From the NCBI RefSeq assembly GCF_001194135.2, contig NC_068996.1, positions 25,994,034-26,058,033 of the forward strand: a stretch of 64,000 nt of DNA, written 5' to 3'. This document shows positions 24,070 to 35,430 of the stretch, piece after piece. The notes under the pieces are model-generated. The model saw only the letters and a list, made by a program, of their open reading frames with translations, searched no databases and was not told the DNA's origin. Each line of letters starts with the position of its first letter. Position 1 is the first letter of the stretch. The translations under genes were made by a program, and so were the position numbers. The stretch comes from Octopus bimaculoides. Taxonomy: Eukaryota.

Positions 24070-24775
24070 CCAACTTTGTTTCCTCATAATTTTCAGAAAA
24101 ATGGAATTTTCTAATGAAAATTTTCTAATGAAAATTTTCTACCAATATGCTTCAGATGGTATAAATTCAGATTATATCGGAATTTGTTGTGAAAAGATGT
24201 TTCCAGGTGTGGGAAGACAGGTTTCGGAAAATTCACATGAGTCAGTTTTGCTCAATCATAACTTTCAGAAAAATGGGCTATTGGTTATTTTTTTTTATGA
24301 AATTTTCAACAAATACCTTTCAGAGTGTGTAGATTGTGACTTTATCGGAATTTGATATGAAAAAAAAGAAAGAAAAAGATGTTGGATTCGTACGCATACA
24401 TACTGATACATTTCACATATATCTACAAAACGGAACTTGATATTTCGAAAAAATATTTGTGATGTATGTCAATATGTATGCATGCATCTTCACCATTTTC
24501 TTTTTTTATGTTAAATTCTGATATAATCGTAATCTACACACTGAAAGGTATTTGTAGAAAGCTTCATAAAAAAGGTCCCATTTTTTCTGAAAGTTATAGG
24601 GAAATAAAGCTGACTTGTATGAATTTTCTGAAACTCCTCTCCACACAGTGGAAAATTTATTTCACAAAAGTTTCTGATGTAATTGGAATCGACACCATCT
24701 GAAGCGTATTTGTAGAACATTTAATTAAGAAATTATCCATTTTTCTGTAAGTTAAGAAGAAACAAAATCAATTTA
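24070..24775. mobile_element. Foldback (MITE-like) element with about 280-bp inverted arms
   Basis: About 24070-24360 is the diverged reverse complement of about 24490-24775 (GCTTCAGATGGT, ATAACTTTCAGAAAAATGGG, AAATACCTTTCAG, GTGTAGATT). Confidence 0.75.
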
Positions 24776-25440
24776 TTGTTTTGCTCTTTTTGCGTTCATG
24801 TAAAGAGCTGGGAGGAGACTACTTGTAGCAGTGATTTAAACCCATCAGACACCATGAGTGAACCACCACAGTTCCACCTGATCGGTCTACTAAGCAACCA
24901 ATTAGCCTGAAGCTGTAGTGTGAGTTGGCTTTCTAGAATGTTCCTTCTTTACCCTATAAAACACCACTTGTAACTCTTCTTAATCATGGAATGTTGAAGG
25001 CAGTTGAGTGACATGCACCTCCATTCTTGTCATGCTGGCAGTTCCAGACATTTGCAGAGTCATCTCCAGGTTCTGAGAGAGACCCATTCTAATTGTTCAC
25101 ATGGTGTCTCATAAGATGCAGTGCAATTTTTCTTTCTCCCATTATGTAAATATTATTATTATTATTAATTGTAAATGGCCAACAACAAATATTCTTATGT
25201 CTGGTAATAAATATTTCAGTTCACATATTCTGCTTCTGTTATTGTTCCCACAGTCAATGAAATATACCCACATTACATCCACAAAGTACCAATGCAGCAT
25301 AGTCTATAGACCTGAAGACAACATTTTGCAGTTTCTGTATGGTGTTTTTTTGCCAAACTTACCACTGTGTTCAATATTGAAAATAAAATGATGTAGTCAA
25401 CAATCAGCTTCTAAACAACCTCATTCTTTCTTCGTGAAAT

Positions 25441-25471
<31 letters not shown>

Positions 25472-25715
25472 CATTATCATTGTTTAACATCTGTTTTCCA
25501 TGCTGGCATGGGTTGGACAGTTTGACTGAGGTCTGGAAAGCCAGCAGTTGCACCAGACTCCAATCTGATCTGACAATGTTTCTACAGCTGGATGCCCTTC
25601 CTAACGCCAACCACTCAGAGAGTGTAGTAGGTGCTTTTTATGTGTCACTGGCGCAGGACCTAGTCAAGCAGGCTTGGCATTGATCACGTTTGGATAGTGC
25701 TTTTTACATACCATA
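25472..25715 (-). mobile_element. RTE-type 3'-tail repeat (SINE tail or short LINE end)
   Basis: Minus strand GGCGTTAGGAAGGGCATCCAGCTGTAGAAAC...CAACCCATGCCAGCATGGAAA...GTTAAA followed by a (TGA)-like end. Recurs at 31901, 32056, 50400 and 59100. Confidence 0.65.
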
Positions 25716-25961
25716 NNNNNNNNNNNNNNNNNNNNNNNNNNNNNNNNNNNNNNNNNNNNNNNNNNNNNNNNNNNNNNNNNNNNNNNNNNNNNNNNNNNNN
25801 NNNNNNNNNNNNNNNNNNNNNNNNNNNNNNNNNNNNNNNNNNNNNNNNNNNNNNNNNNNNNNNNNNNNNNNNNNNNNNNNNNNNNNNNNNNNNNNNNNNN
25901 NNNNNNNNNNNNNNNNNNNNNNNNNNNNNNNNNNNNNTATATATATATATACACATACATA

Positions 25962-26123
25962 TGGACAGGCGTGGCTGTGTGGTAAGAAGCTTACTTCCCA
26001 ACCACATGGTTTCAGGTTCAGTCCCACTGTGTGGCATCTTGGGCAAGTGTTTTCTACTATAGCCTCAGGCTGACCAAAGCCTTGTGAGTGGATTTGGTAG
26101 GTGGAAACTGAAAAAAGCCCATT

Positions 26124-26155
<32 letters not shown>

Positions 26156-26395
26156 TTATGTCTGTGTGTATCTTTGTGCCTGTTTTTGTCCTCCACCACC
26201 ACCACTTGACAACCAGTGTTGGTGTGTTTGTGTCCCCATATCCTAGCAGTTCAGCAAAAGTGATTAATAGAATAAGTACTAGTCTTTAAAACAAAAATAA
26301 ATGCCGAGGTCAATTCATTCAAGTAAAAAAAGAATTCAAGGCAGTGCCCCAGCACGACTACAGTCTAGTGACTGAAACAAGTAAAAGAATAAAAA
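25962..26395 (+). mobile_element. SINE family A, full length
   Basis: Head GGCGTGGCTGTGTGGTAAG, B box GGTTCAGTCC, CORE-like segment, tail GACTGAAACAAGTAAAAGAATAAAA. Confidence 0.85.
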
Positions 26396-26586
26396 AATAT
26401 TTCAGGATTTTGAGGTTAAATAATTTTATAGAAAGTTAGAAATCACAGAGGCATCTGTGGTGTATGCATGTAAAAAACACATAACTGGCTCAATGAGGAG
26501 TAGAAAACTTAGAGCATACATTGAAAATTCCAAAAACTCTGCCAAAAAAAGTGAAATAGCATTTTATTTTTTTGAAATTATACAGG

Positions 26587-27282
26587 ATCTTTTTTGTTGC
26601 TGCCACATTTTGGAATTTTAAAATTAAGTGAAAATTTTCAAACTTGGTGTATTGGTGTAATTTATTATGCTGAATCAGATTGTTATTCATTTGTTCCAGG
26701 AAAATTTTAGAAAAATGTAACAGAGGTTTTAAGTTTGATCATTTAAACCAGTCAGAAAATAGGATTTGGAAGCTGACATTTTATGTATAATACATGTCTA
26801 TTACAACATTACCGACAATGAACCTTTTGTTTTCCTTTTTTAAACAAAATAAAAGCAACAGATGATGGAAGTTACAAGAGATTTTGAAGTTTTAATAAGT
26901 TTAAATGAATAAAGTAATGTGAAATGTTGGAACAGGCAAGGAAAAATCCTCAATGAAATTCTTTTTGTCAAAAATTAAAAAAAAAAAAAATTCTGTAGTT
27001 CAGATCATGTAAACAATACAGTTTTTGTAGCAAAAATTCAGTCAAAATTTTGCAATACACTAGGGTAAGTTAGGGTTGGGTTTAGGTCAGACAAGCCAGC
27101 GGATGACCTGGAGATAATAAACTAGTAACATGCTTTTAGTGAACATTTTCCTAGAGTTTTTCTGGAACAAGGGAATAACAAAATCAGATTCAGCATGAAA
27201 ACTTGCGTCAATATGCCAAATTTGAAACTTTTAACTAATTTTAAAATTTCAAAATCTGTGACAGCAAGAAAGAGAAATTTTT
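26587..27282. mobile_element. Foldback element with about 135-bp inverted arms
   Basis: 26587-26722 versus the reverse complement of about 27140-27282 (TTGCTG.CACA, AATTTTAAAATTA, ATGCTGAATC.GATT, TTGTTCCAG). The spacer contains TTAGGGTTGGGTTTAGG. Confidence 0.65.
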
Positions 27283-27380
27283 TCTGTCTGATGAAAATAA
27301 TCTAAAACAAATGTTTGAACAAACATGTAAACAATTTAAAAAGTAAAACTTCTCAGTGAAACTTTTGGGGGGAAGATTTC

Positions 27381-27411
<31 letters not shown>

Positions 27412-28356
27412 TAAAGAAATTACACATAGTGCTTGTAGTAGGTTTAAGCAGACAACACCTTGGCTTGTTACTATGCAAACAGGTATCAATGTATCTGTGG
27501 CTTTCAATTGGCTAAAATTACCTCAAATTTACACACACAAAAAAAAAAATTCCTGCTACAAACTTTTTATTTATTAAGTTATGGCTCAAATGAATTTCAT
27601 TTTCATAATTAGCACACAAAACTACATCAGTACACTAAATTTGAAAATAATTGGAACAGAACTTTAAAAATTGAAAACTGTGCCAGCAACAGAGACATTA
27701 TCCTATATAAAATTAATAATTACTATTCATTTCTTAATGAAATAGCAACAGAGACATATATCAGTTTACATTTTAAATATGTACCCATTTACAACAGTAA
27801 ATATTGTTGCTTTTTCTTTAGTCTAAACTCTACTATTTGCTATTGTGGTGTAATGTTCATTTATTCCTTCAGATATACATACATACATAAGAGGACATCT
27901 ATGAACCATTAATAAGGAGTCTGCAAATCCAGTACCCAAATACACTTTCAGCCTCATACACATAATTATTAGAGCAACAAGATACATACCAACCTGTCTG
28001 AAGCAAAGTATGAGTTGAATTTGGGATCTTGGGGAGAGAACGCAAATCCTTAATTCATACTCTATAAATGATCATGATATCTGGGATTATGAAAATCTGC
28101 AGGACCTTAAAATTCAAAGTGTGATAAATAAAAGAGGCTTTCCTTCACAACCTTGCTACCAAGTAGGTAGCTGGTTAAAATTTACTCATACATTCATTGT
28201 TATTCATTCATTCATTCATTCATTATCAGTCATGGAAATAGTATCAAAAGACTATCTTTTTATCCAGCTTATCGTGGATCTCTTGTTAGAATATCAAATA
28301 CTTCATTATTAGCTTTGAGAGAACCTCTCATATAGGCACTTTGTGCATAAAAGCAT

Positions 28357-28388
<32 letters not shown>

Positions 28389-28624
28389 ACACACACATAC
28401 ATACACACACACACACACACAAACACACTCACACACACACACATACACACACACAAATACACACACACACACACACACACACAATAACACACACAGAGAT
28501 TGTAGTAAATGAGAATTATGAGTGCTGGAACTCCCATTTCACATGACCCCAGTCTATCTATTGGATGTATGAGAGGTTCTCTCAAGGCAGTATTTGGTGT
28601 TCTAACAAGGCATCCATATTAAGC

Positions 28625-28945
28625 TAGATATTCTTTTGACTGAGGCTTTTGACTGGTGCACTGCTTTAAAGGGTTTTAGTTGAAGAAATCGACCCCAGGA
28701 GTTATTCTTAGTAAGACTAGTACTTATTCTATCGGTCACTTTTGTCGAACTGCTAAGTTACTGGGACGTAAATACCAACATCGATTGTCAGGCAGTGGCA
28801 GGGAACAAACACAGACAAACACACGCATGCACACACATATATATATATATATGACCAGCTTTCAGTTTCTATCTACTAAATCCACTCACAAGACTTATGT
28901 TGGCCTAATGCTATAGTAGAAGACACTTTCCTAAGGTGTTATTCA
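28625..28945 (-). mobile_element. SINE family A
   Basis: Same module order as 879-1226. Confidence 0.75.
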
Positions 28946-30131
28946 GTGGGACTGGACCCAGAACCATGTGGTTGGAAAGGAAGCTTCTTACCACACAGTC
29001 ATACCTATATAAAGACAATAAAACAATATTATTTTTTCATTTTGCTCAGTATAATGTAATTCAACAAAAATAACACAATGCTCACTTTACACCCAGAACT
29101 TTTCAGTCTTGTTACAGTTTCTTTCACTTTTGTTGGAGAGTATTGAATATTCAGTCTTCACTAAACTTAGCCAAATGTAAAATAGATGACTATCTAGAAG
29201 TACTCCCATAATTCTTTAAGTGTCAAATAACACTCCATCACCACCACATTAATGAAAATGTTCTTATTTTTGTTTCATGACAATGAGATGACAAAATGTA
29301 GTTTGTATATATTTAGTTCTTCTTTCTTCATCATGGTGGCAAGTTAGAAAAGTTTAAGAACTTAATTTTATCAAACATGGCAATTTATATGTCTCTTTTG
29401 TCAACCCACACAATCCCCTCTTTCATCAATGTGAGGTGCTCTCAATGATTCATGTTGGATTTTGTCTCTTGTTAATGTAAGCATATGCACCTTTTGTTTA
29501 AAAGCCAAACAATCAAGAAATGAATGTCTTCCTTCATATTACATACAATATTTAAAAAAACAAAACGTAAGTATTTGACATTAAAAGTAAATATATGAGA
29601 CCATGCCGTACAGTAGCATACAACATAATATAAATACAGAAACGTCTAGAACATGCCATTGTACAGATTCTCATATACATGTATATTTTGACCCATGAAT
29701 GAAAAATATCTGAAAGCGAAAGCTCAATGAACGAATATTCATTGAATTGGCTATGTATCCTTGAAAGGAATCAATTTTTAACGTATAATCAATTCATTTC
29801 TATGATACGGCAAAAATTTCTATAATTAACCAAAGTCAGTTTATAGACAGCAATTACACAGCTAAATTAGATTATCTTTATTGAATATATTGTGAATTCC
29901 TGTAGTCATCGATTATATTATGTTATATATTTATTACTAAAGAATGTTTCTTGGCCTTATAACAACAACATCTAAAATAATATCCCAAGTGCGTCATCAT
30001 TCAGGATGTCTAGTGAAACCCATTTAAGTTTCCTCATTAAGTTACAAATATATAGCATATATGTAATGAAATATTAATAATAATAATTAAACATATATAT
30101 GTTTAATATATATGTTTAATAATAATAATTA

Positions 30132-30166
<35 letters not shown>

Positions 30167-30284
30167 TTGTTAATTCATATAAACGGATCTGGTACTCAAT
30201 AACGTAGAGTTAATTTTAATAATAACTATTAGAACTAGGTTTTTAACAACTTTTCACTCTGTTTCATGTTGCCACTTATCATAT

Positions 30285-30650
30285 TGAGACCAGCATGACT
30301 GTATGGTTGAGAAGTTTGCTTCTTGACCATGTGGTCTGGGATTCAGTCCTGCTGCATGGCACCTTGGGCAAGTGTCTTCTATAGCCCTGAACCAACTTAA
30401 GCTTTGCGAGTGAATTTGGTGGATGGAAACTGTATAGAAGCCCATTGTAAATATGTGTGCCTTTGTGTTTGTTTGTGCCCCCATCCCCATTTGACAACTG
30501 ATGATGGTTTGTTTATGTCTTCATGACTTAATGGTTCAGCAAAAGCCATCATATTTAAAAGTAAGTAATGGTGGGTTTGATGTGTTTCACTAAACACTAC
30601 CATTCAAGGTAGTCGTTCAGGATAACCACAGTCAATTGACTGAAATAAGC
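30285..30650 (+). mobile_element. SINE family A, degenerate
   Basis: Head, GGCACCTTGGGCAAGTGTCTTCTATAGCC and remnant tail. Confidence 0.75.
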
Positions 30651-30662
30651 CTGTTATATGTA

Positions 30663-31248
30663 TGAGGTCTTATCAATAAGTATCCGGACTGTTGCCATAG
30701 TAACGAAGTTAAAATATGCAGAGTGAACTCTGCTGTGCATGTGCACTAAGTTTTAATGTTCTAGCTCACTCCCACTGTTTACAGCAGTGCTTGGAAGGAA
30801 GGTGCGTAACGTGATCATGACATTGACTATCACAAAGGAAGTTGTCATGGCAATACTTGCTCAGAGGCCTACACAAAGTTGCAGAAAGTGTATGGAGAAG
30901 AGTGTATGAGCTGTACACATGTGTACGAGTGGTTCAAACATTTCCAAGTTGGCTGAAAAAATGTTCATAGTGACAAACGTTCTGGAAGACCCATAATCCA
31001 CAGAAGTGAGAAAAATATCGCAGATGTGCATGTAGCTGTGAGGGGAAATTGTCAAATCACCATCCATGAGTTATCAGAGGATGTGCAGATTAGTTATGAT
31101 TCAATTCAGTCCATTATCACTGAAGAAAATGGGTATGAGACATGTGTCTACCAAGTTTGTTCCAAAACTGCTTTCAGCTGCCCAAAAAACCATTCAAGTT
31201 TCAGTTGTACAAGATCTCCTTGATTGTGTCAAGAATGATGAAAATTTT
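30663..31248 (+). mobile_element. mariner transposon 5' part (TIR plus HTH region), truncated
   Basis: TA|TGAGGTCTTATCAATAAGT terminus. Translations SEAYTKLQKVYGEECMSCTHVYEWFKHF..SGRP and KFVPKLL (ORF 31066..31266; mariner WVPHEL-equivalent). Confidence 0.85.
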
Positions 31249-31885
31249 GGTTGCCAACAGAGGTAAAAGCTCTCTGAATTTTCTCCATCCTATTCTTATT
31301 CTAGCTATTATGCTCTCTGTGCATCCTCCCTCACTAGTTTGGTCCCTCGGGTAGCAGATATTATCCACTACCTCTAATGATCCTCTAGGGCATTTGAGAA
31401 AATCAATTTCCTGAGTATCTGTAGTTTTTATGGATCCTTTGCATCTTCTACATACAATCATTACTTCCTCTGATAATTTTCCTTTTATTCCACTGCACTT
31501 CTTGTGTGTCCATAGCTTTCATTGGGGACACTGTATGGAATTTCTCAGAATTCAAGCAGAGCCATTTACCTGAAGTGGGTAGGGTCCTGTCTGTTTTCTT
31601 GTTACTAAGACCTTAGTCTTTGCTAGGTTGACCTTAAGGCCCTTAGATTCCAGGTTTTTGCTTCTACACCAGAATTTCTTTACTAGCTCTAATATAGAAT
31701 CTGTTATGAGGGCAAGATCATCAGCATATAGTAAATCCCAGGGGGCTGCCAATCCTCTGTTATGGTCTGGAGAACAATGATAAGGAGGGGATTGGGGACT
31801 GAGCCTTGATGAATGCCTACAGGTTCATCAAATTCTTCACTGTACTCATGGTTAACTCTCACCTTACTGACAGCGTCTTTGTATG
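31249..31885 (-). mobile_element. RTE-clade LINE reverse transcriptase remnant
   Basis: ORF-track peptides VGIHQGSVPNPLL, PWDLLYADDLAL, KGLKVNLAKTK and ARIRIGWRKFRELLPLL, in correct order on the minus strand. Confidence 0.85.
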
Positions 31886-31900
31886 TGGTCTCACCCAGCA

Positions 31901-32186
31901 CACTGTAAAGTGGTTGGCATTAGGAAGGGCATCCAGCCATAGAAACCATGCCACAAAAGACAGTTGGAAGTTGGACAGCTCCATATCAAACTGTCCAACC
32001 AATGCCAGCATGGAGAGTGGATGTTAAATGATGATGATGATAATGGTATATCATGTCATCATCATCATCCATTTTTCATGATGGCATGGGTTGGACGGTG
32101 CAACATGAAGCTGTCCAGACTCCATTTGTCTGTTGTGGCATGGTTTCTACGGCTGGTTGCCCTTCCTAATGCCAACCATTTTACAG
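31901..32186. repeat. Tail-to-tail pair of RTE-type 3' tails
   Basis: The plus copy at 31901-32042 ends in (ATG)n. The minus copy is at 32056-32186, about 13 bp away. Confidence 0.75.
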
Positions 32187-32383
32187 GATGCTTTTTATGA
32201 GCTATCAGGTGCTTTTTACTTGCCATCTGGGTGCTTTTTATGTGGGCTTATATAGTTGTTGATAATCCACAGACCTTCAGCCAATGACTAGTTTGTTAAA
32301 TGCCAACACGAAACTCTCAGAGCATTCTGTTACTTTTGCTAAATATTAATAAATATTAATAAATATAAATGTATAAATGTTGT

Positions 32384-32429
32384 CCTGTACTGACGAAGGA
32401 AAATTACCTAGAAACCATTGGTCTATTGG
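32384..32429 (+). ncRNA. Minimal type I hammerhead ribozyme motif, copy 1
   Basis: Stem I CCTGTA (32384-32389) / TATTGG (32424-32429, imperfect). Core CTGACGA (32390-32396). Stem II AGG/CCT plus one extra A. GAAA (32411-32414). Stem III ACC-ATT-GGT. GUC cleavage triplet, C at 32423. Confidence 0.7.
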
Positions 32430-32735
32430 CATCACTATGGCTAGAATGAGAACAGTAAACTCCCTTGCTCACAGTATATGGACACAGATCATGTGTCAGT
32501 AGACAGCTGGAAAAGATGTTTTCCTGGGGCCAAAAAGTAGTAACATTGTCCTACGTAGGACTGCCATGTTGTGCTGGCAAATAGACTTTACTGTACAATA
32601 CTGTTACTACATATTTCTCACTCAGAGATTTAAAACTAGTTGTTTTTCACTTTACAAGATCAACAACAGTGTGTCACTTTAAAAGTATACACTGTGAGCA
32701 AGAGCTAGTGGCTGCTATTACTAGCTGGCAGTTGT

Positions 32736-32781
32736 CCTGTTCTGACAAAGGGAAATTATCCAGAAACCATTGGTCTACAGG
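32736..32781 (+). ncRNA. Minimal type I hammerhead ribozyme motif, copy 2 (core G-to-A mutant)
   Basis: CCTGTT-CTGACAA-AGGGAAATTATCCA-GAAA-CCATTGGT-C-TACAGG. Core G8 is changed to A, consistent with CpG decay. TACAGG is the perfect partner of copy 1 CCTGTA. Confidence 0.6.
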
Positions 32782-32990
32782 TATCACTATGGCTAGAAAG
32801 GGAGCAGTAAACTCTCTTGTTCATTGTATATGGACACAGAGATCATGTATTGGTAGCCAGCTGGAAAAGATGCTTTTCCTAGGGCTAAAAAGTAGTAACA
32901 TCATCCTATGTAGGACTGCCATGTGTTGGCAAATAGACTTTACCGTATACTCATATTCTGAGTTCTATTTTTCCTCTTTGCATCAACATA

Positions 32991-33033
<43 letters not shown>

Positions 33034-33403
33034 NNNNNNNNNNNNNNNNNNNNNNNNNNNNNNNNNNNNNNNNNNNNNNNNNNNNNNNNNNNNNNNNNNN
33101 NNNNNNNNNNNNNNNNNNNNNNNNNNNNNNNNNNNNNNNNNNNNNNNNNNNNNNNNNNNNNNNNNNNNNNNNNNNNNNNNNNNNNNNNNNNNNNNNNNNN
33201 NNNNNNNNNNNNNNNNNNNNNNNNNNNNNNNNNNNNNNNNNNNNNNNNNNNNNNNNNNNNNNNNNNNNNNNNNNNNACAAAAAATACTGGATAATTCTAT
33301 ACCTCGAGATTTCACGCTCTGCAAAAAATTGCTTTGTGATCTCCAGTAAAATAAACCATTAATATAAAAACAAGAAATATACATACTCACTGGTAAATTC
33401 ACC

Positions 33404-33441
<38 letters not shown>

Positions 33442-33445
<4 letters not shown>

Positions 33446-34253
33446 GTCTGATCAGTAAGTATCTGAACTGTTGCCATAGTAATGAAGCTAAATTATGCAG
33501 AGTGAAGCTGCTTGGCACAGATTGAACTTGAACTCTGCTGTGCATGTGCATGTGCACTAGCTCACTTCCGCTGTTCACAGCAGTGCTTGGAAGGAATATG
33601 TGTGGCATGCAATCATTGCATTGATCATTACAGAGAAAGTTTTCATGGTGATACCTGCTCAAAGGCCTATGCAAAGTTGCAGAAAGTGTATCGAGAAGAT
33701 GTACAAGCCACACTCAAGTGTTCGAGTGATCCAAATGTTTTCAAGATGGATGAGAAAATCTCGAATTGACGAATGTTCTGGGAGATCCTCAATCACCAGA
33801 AGTGAGAAAAACATTACAGATGTGTATGAAACTGTGAAGGAAAATCATTGAATCCCCATCCAAGAGTTATCAGAGTATGTGCAAGTTATTTATGGTTCAG
33901 TTCAGTCCATTATCACTGAAGATCTGAGTATGAAACACATGTCTGCCAAGTTTGTACCAAAACTGCTTTCAGCTGACCAAAAACATACTTGGGTCTCCGT
34001 TGCGCAAGATCTCTTTGATTGTGTCAAGAACGATGAAAGCTTTTTGAAAACTTTGCATAAGCCTCTGAGCAGGTATCACCAAGCTTTTGGCAAAATTTGA
34101 TGTAGATTATCTGCTCAGCTTTCTGTCATGATCAATGCAACAATAACATGCTACACACCTCCCTTCCAAGCACTGCTGTAAACAGCAGAAGTGAGCTAGA
34201 ATGTTAAAACTTAGTGCACATGCACAACAGAGTTCAAGATCAATCTATGCCAA
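33442..34253 (+). mobile_element. Palindromic mariner derivative (5' part followed by an inverted copy of its own 5' end)
   Basis: Same terminus and HTH coding as 30663. 34051-34253 is the reverse complement of about 33512-33680 and carries the start of the transposase gene on the minus strand (IKFCQKLGDTCSEAYAK). Confidence 0.8.
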
Positions 34254-35376
34254 ATGTATTATTTGTTCTTTTCTTATGGGCAGAATCAGCATAATGGAAG
34301 TTATTGTTTGTTTGGAAGTGAAAGGGGGAAGGTACAATTTGCATGAGTTTGCATGAAAGTGCTTTCTGTTCTTAAGAAGGCTCACAAACTATGTATTGTT
34401 TCATTGTATAAAAGGGGGTTAATATGATTTTGCCCAGAAATCATGTTTTGAAAATTTTTATTTCCCCCGATCCCCACTGCAATTTCTTAACTTGTAACTT
34501 TTGNNNNNNNNNNNNNNNNNNNNNNNNNNNNNNNNNNNNNNNNNNNNNNNNNNNNNNNNNNNNNNNNNNNTTTTTTTTATCCATGTAGGAAAATACAGAA
34601 ATTGCGAATCTGGGAAATATATTTTTATTTTAAAATTTAATTTTTCTCAAAGAAACACTCAATGCCCCTTCCAACACCTTGCCCACCATCCCCTACCAGC
34701 TTTCAGAAAGCTAAAACCTTCTAATGTTTCACTTTCATTGATGTTTCACACAGCAGACGTAAAAAATACTAGACCACCAGAAAACCCAACATGCTAGAAA
34801 CAACAGGTAAACGACATTATTTCTGAAGAAACGTCCCCACTTTCCAAAAAGCTAAAAGTGAAACATTGGGAGTTTGTAGCTTCTTGAGTGTGGTGAGATG
34901 ATGGGTGGATATTTGGGGAGGAGATTTTAATGTTTCTTAAAGAAAAAAAGAAATGAGAATTCTTAAAGATTCGTTTTTTTCTCTGTGGATTACCAAGAAA
35001 AAGATTTGGAAAAAGTTTTAAAAAATGAAGAAATTGGGGTGGGGAGGGAGAAAATTAAAATATTAAGAATGTGTTTTGGGGCAAAATCTTAATCTCCTGT
35101 ATCAAAAACGTAGGTATCAGAATAAATTTAGGAAAAAAAATAAGGTTGAGGGTTGGGGTGCACAGATGTCACTTTGGACGTGCTAGAAACAACAGGTAAA
35201 GGACAGGATTTCTGGGGAAACTTCCTTCTAAGTTTATATCGAAGATCAGGTTTTGAAATATGTTCATCACAAACATGAATTACAGAATGGAAGAGGGTAA
35301 TTTCAATTGGATTTGAGCTGTAATTTTGCACATGTATACAGCAAGAAATTACATAATTTGTACATAAGTTTTATCT

Positions 35377-35430
<54 letters not shown>

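Larger units (their letters stand above)
32380..32950 (+). repeat. 352-bp-period tandem repeat (about 1.6 units) carrying hammerhead motifs; retrozyme/Penelope pLTR-like
   Basis: 32380-32597 aligns with 32732-32950 throughout (GAAACCATTGGTCTA, ATCACTATGGCTAGAA, CAGCTGGAAAAGATG, TAGGACTGCCATGT, GGCAAATAGACTTTAC). Confidence 0.85.

Noticed and set aside
32270-32345. Possible Penelope GIY-YIG C-terminal remnant upstream of hammerhead copy 1 (SLLNANTKL)
   Set aside because: The similarity is too short to support by eye. It needs a translated profile search.
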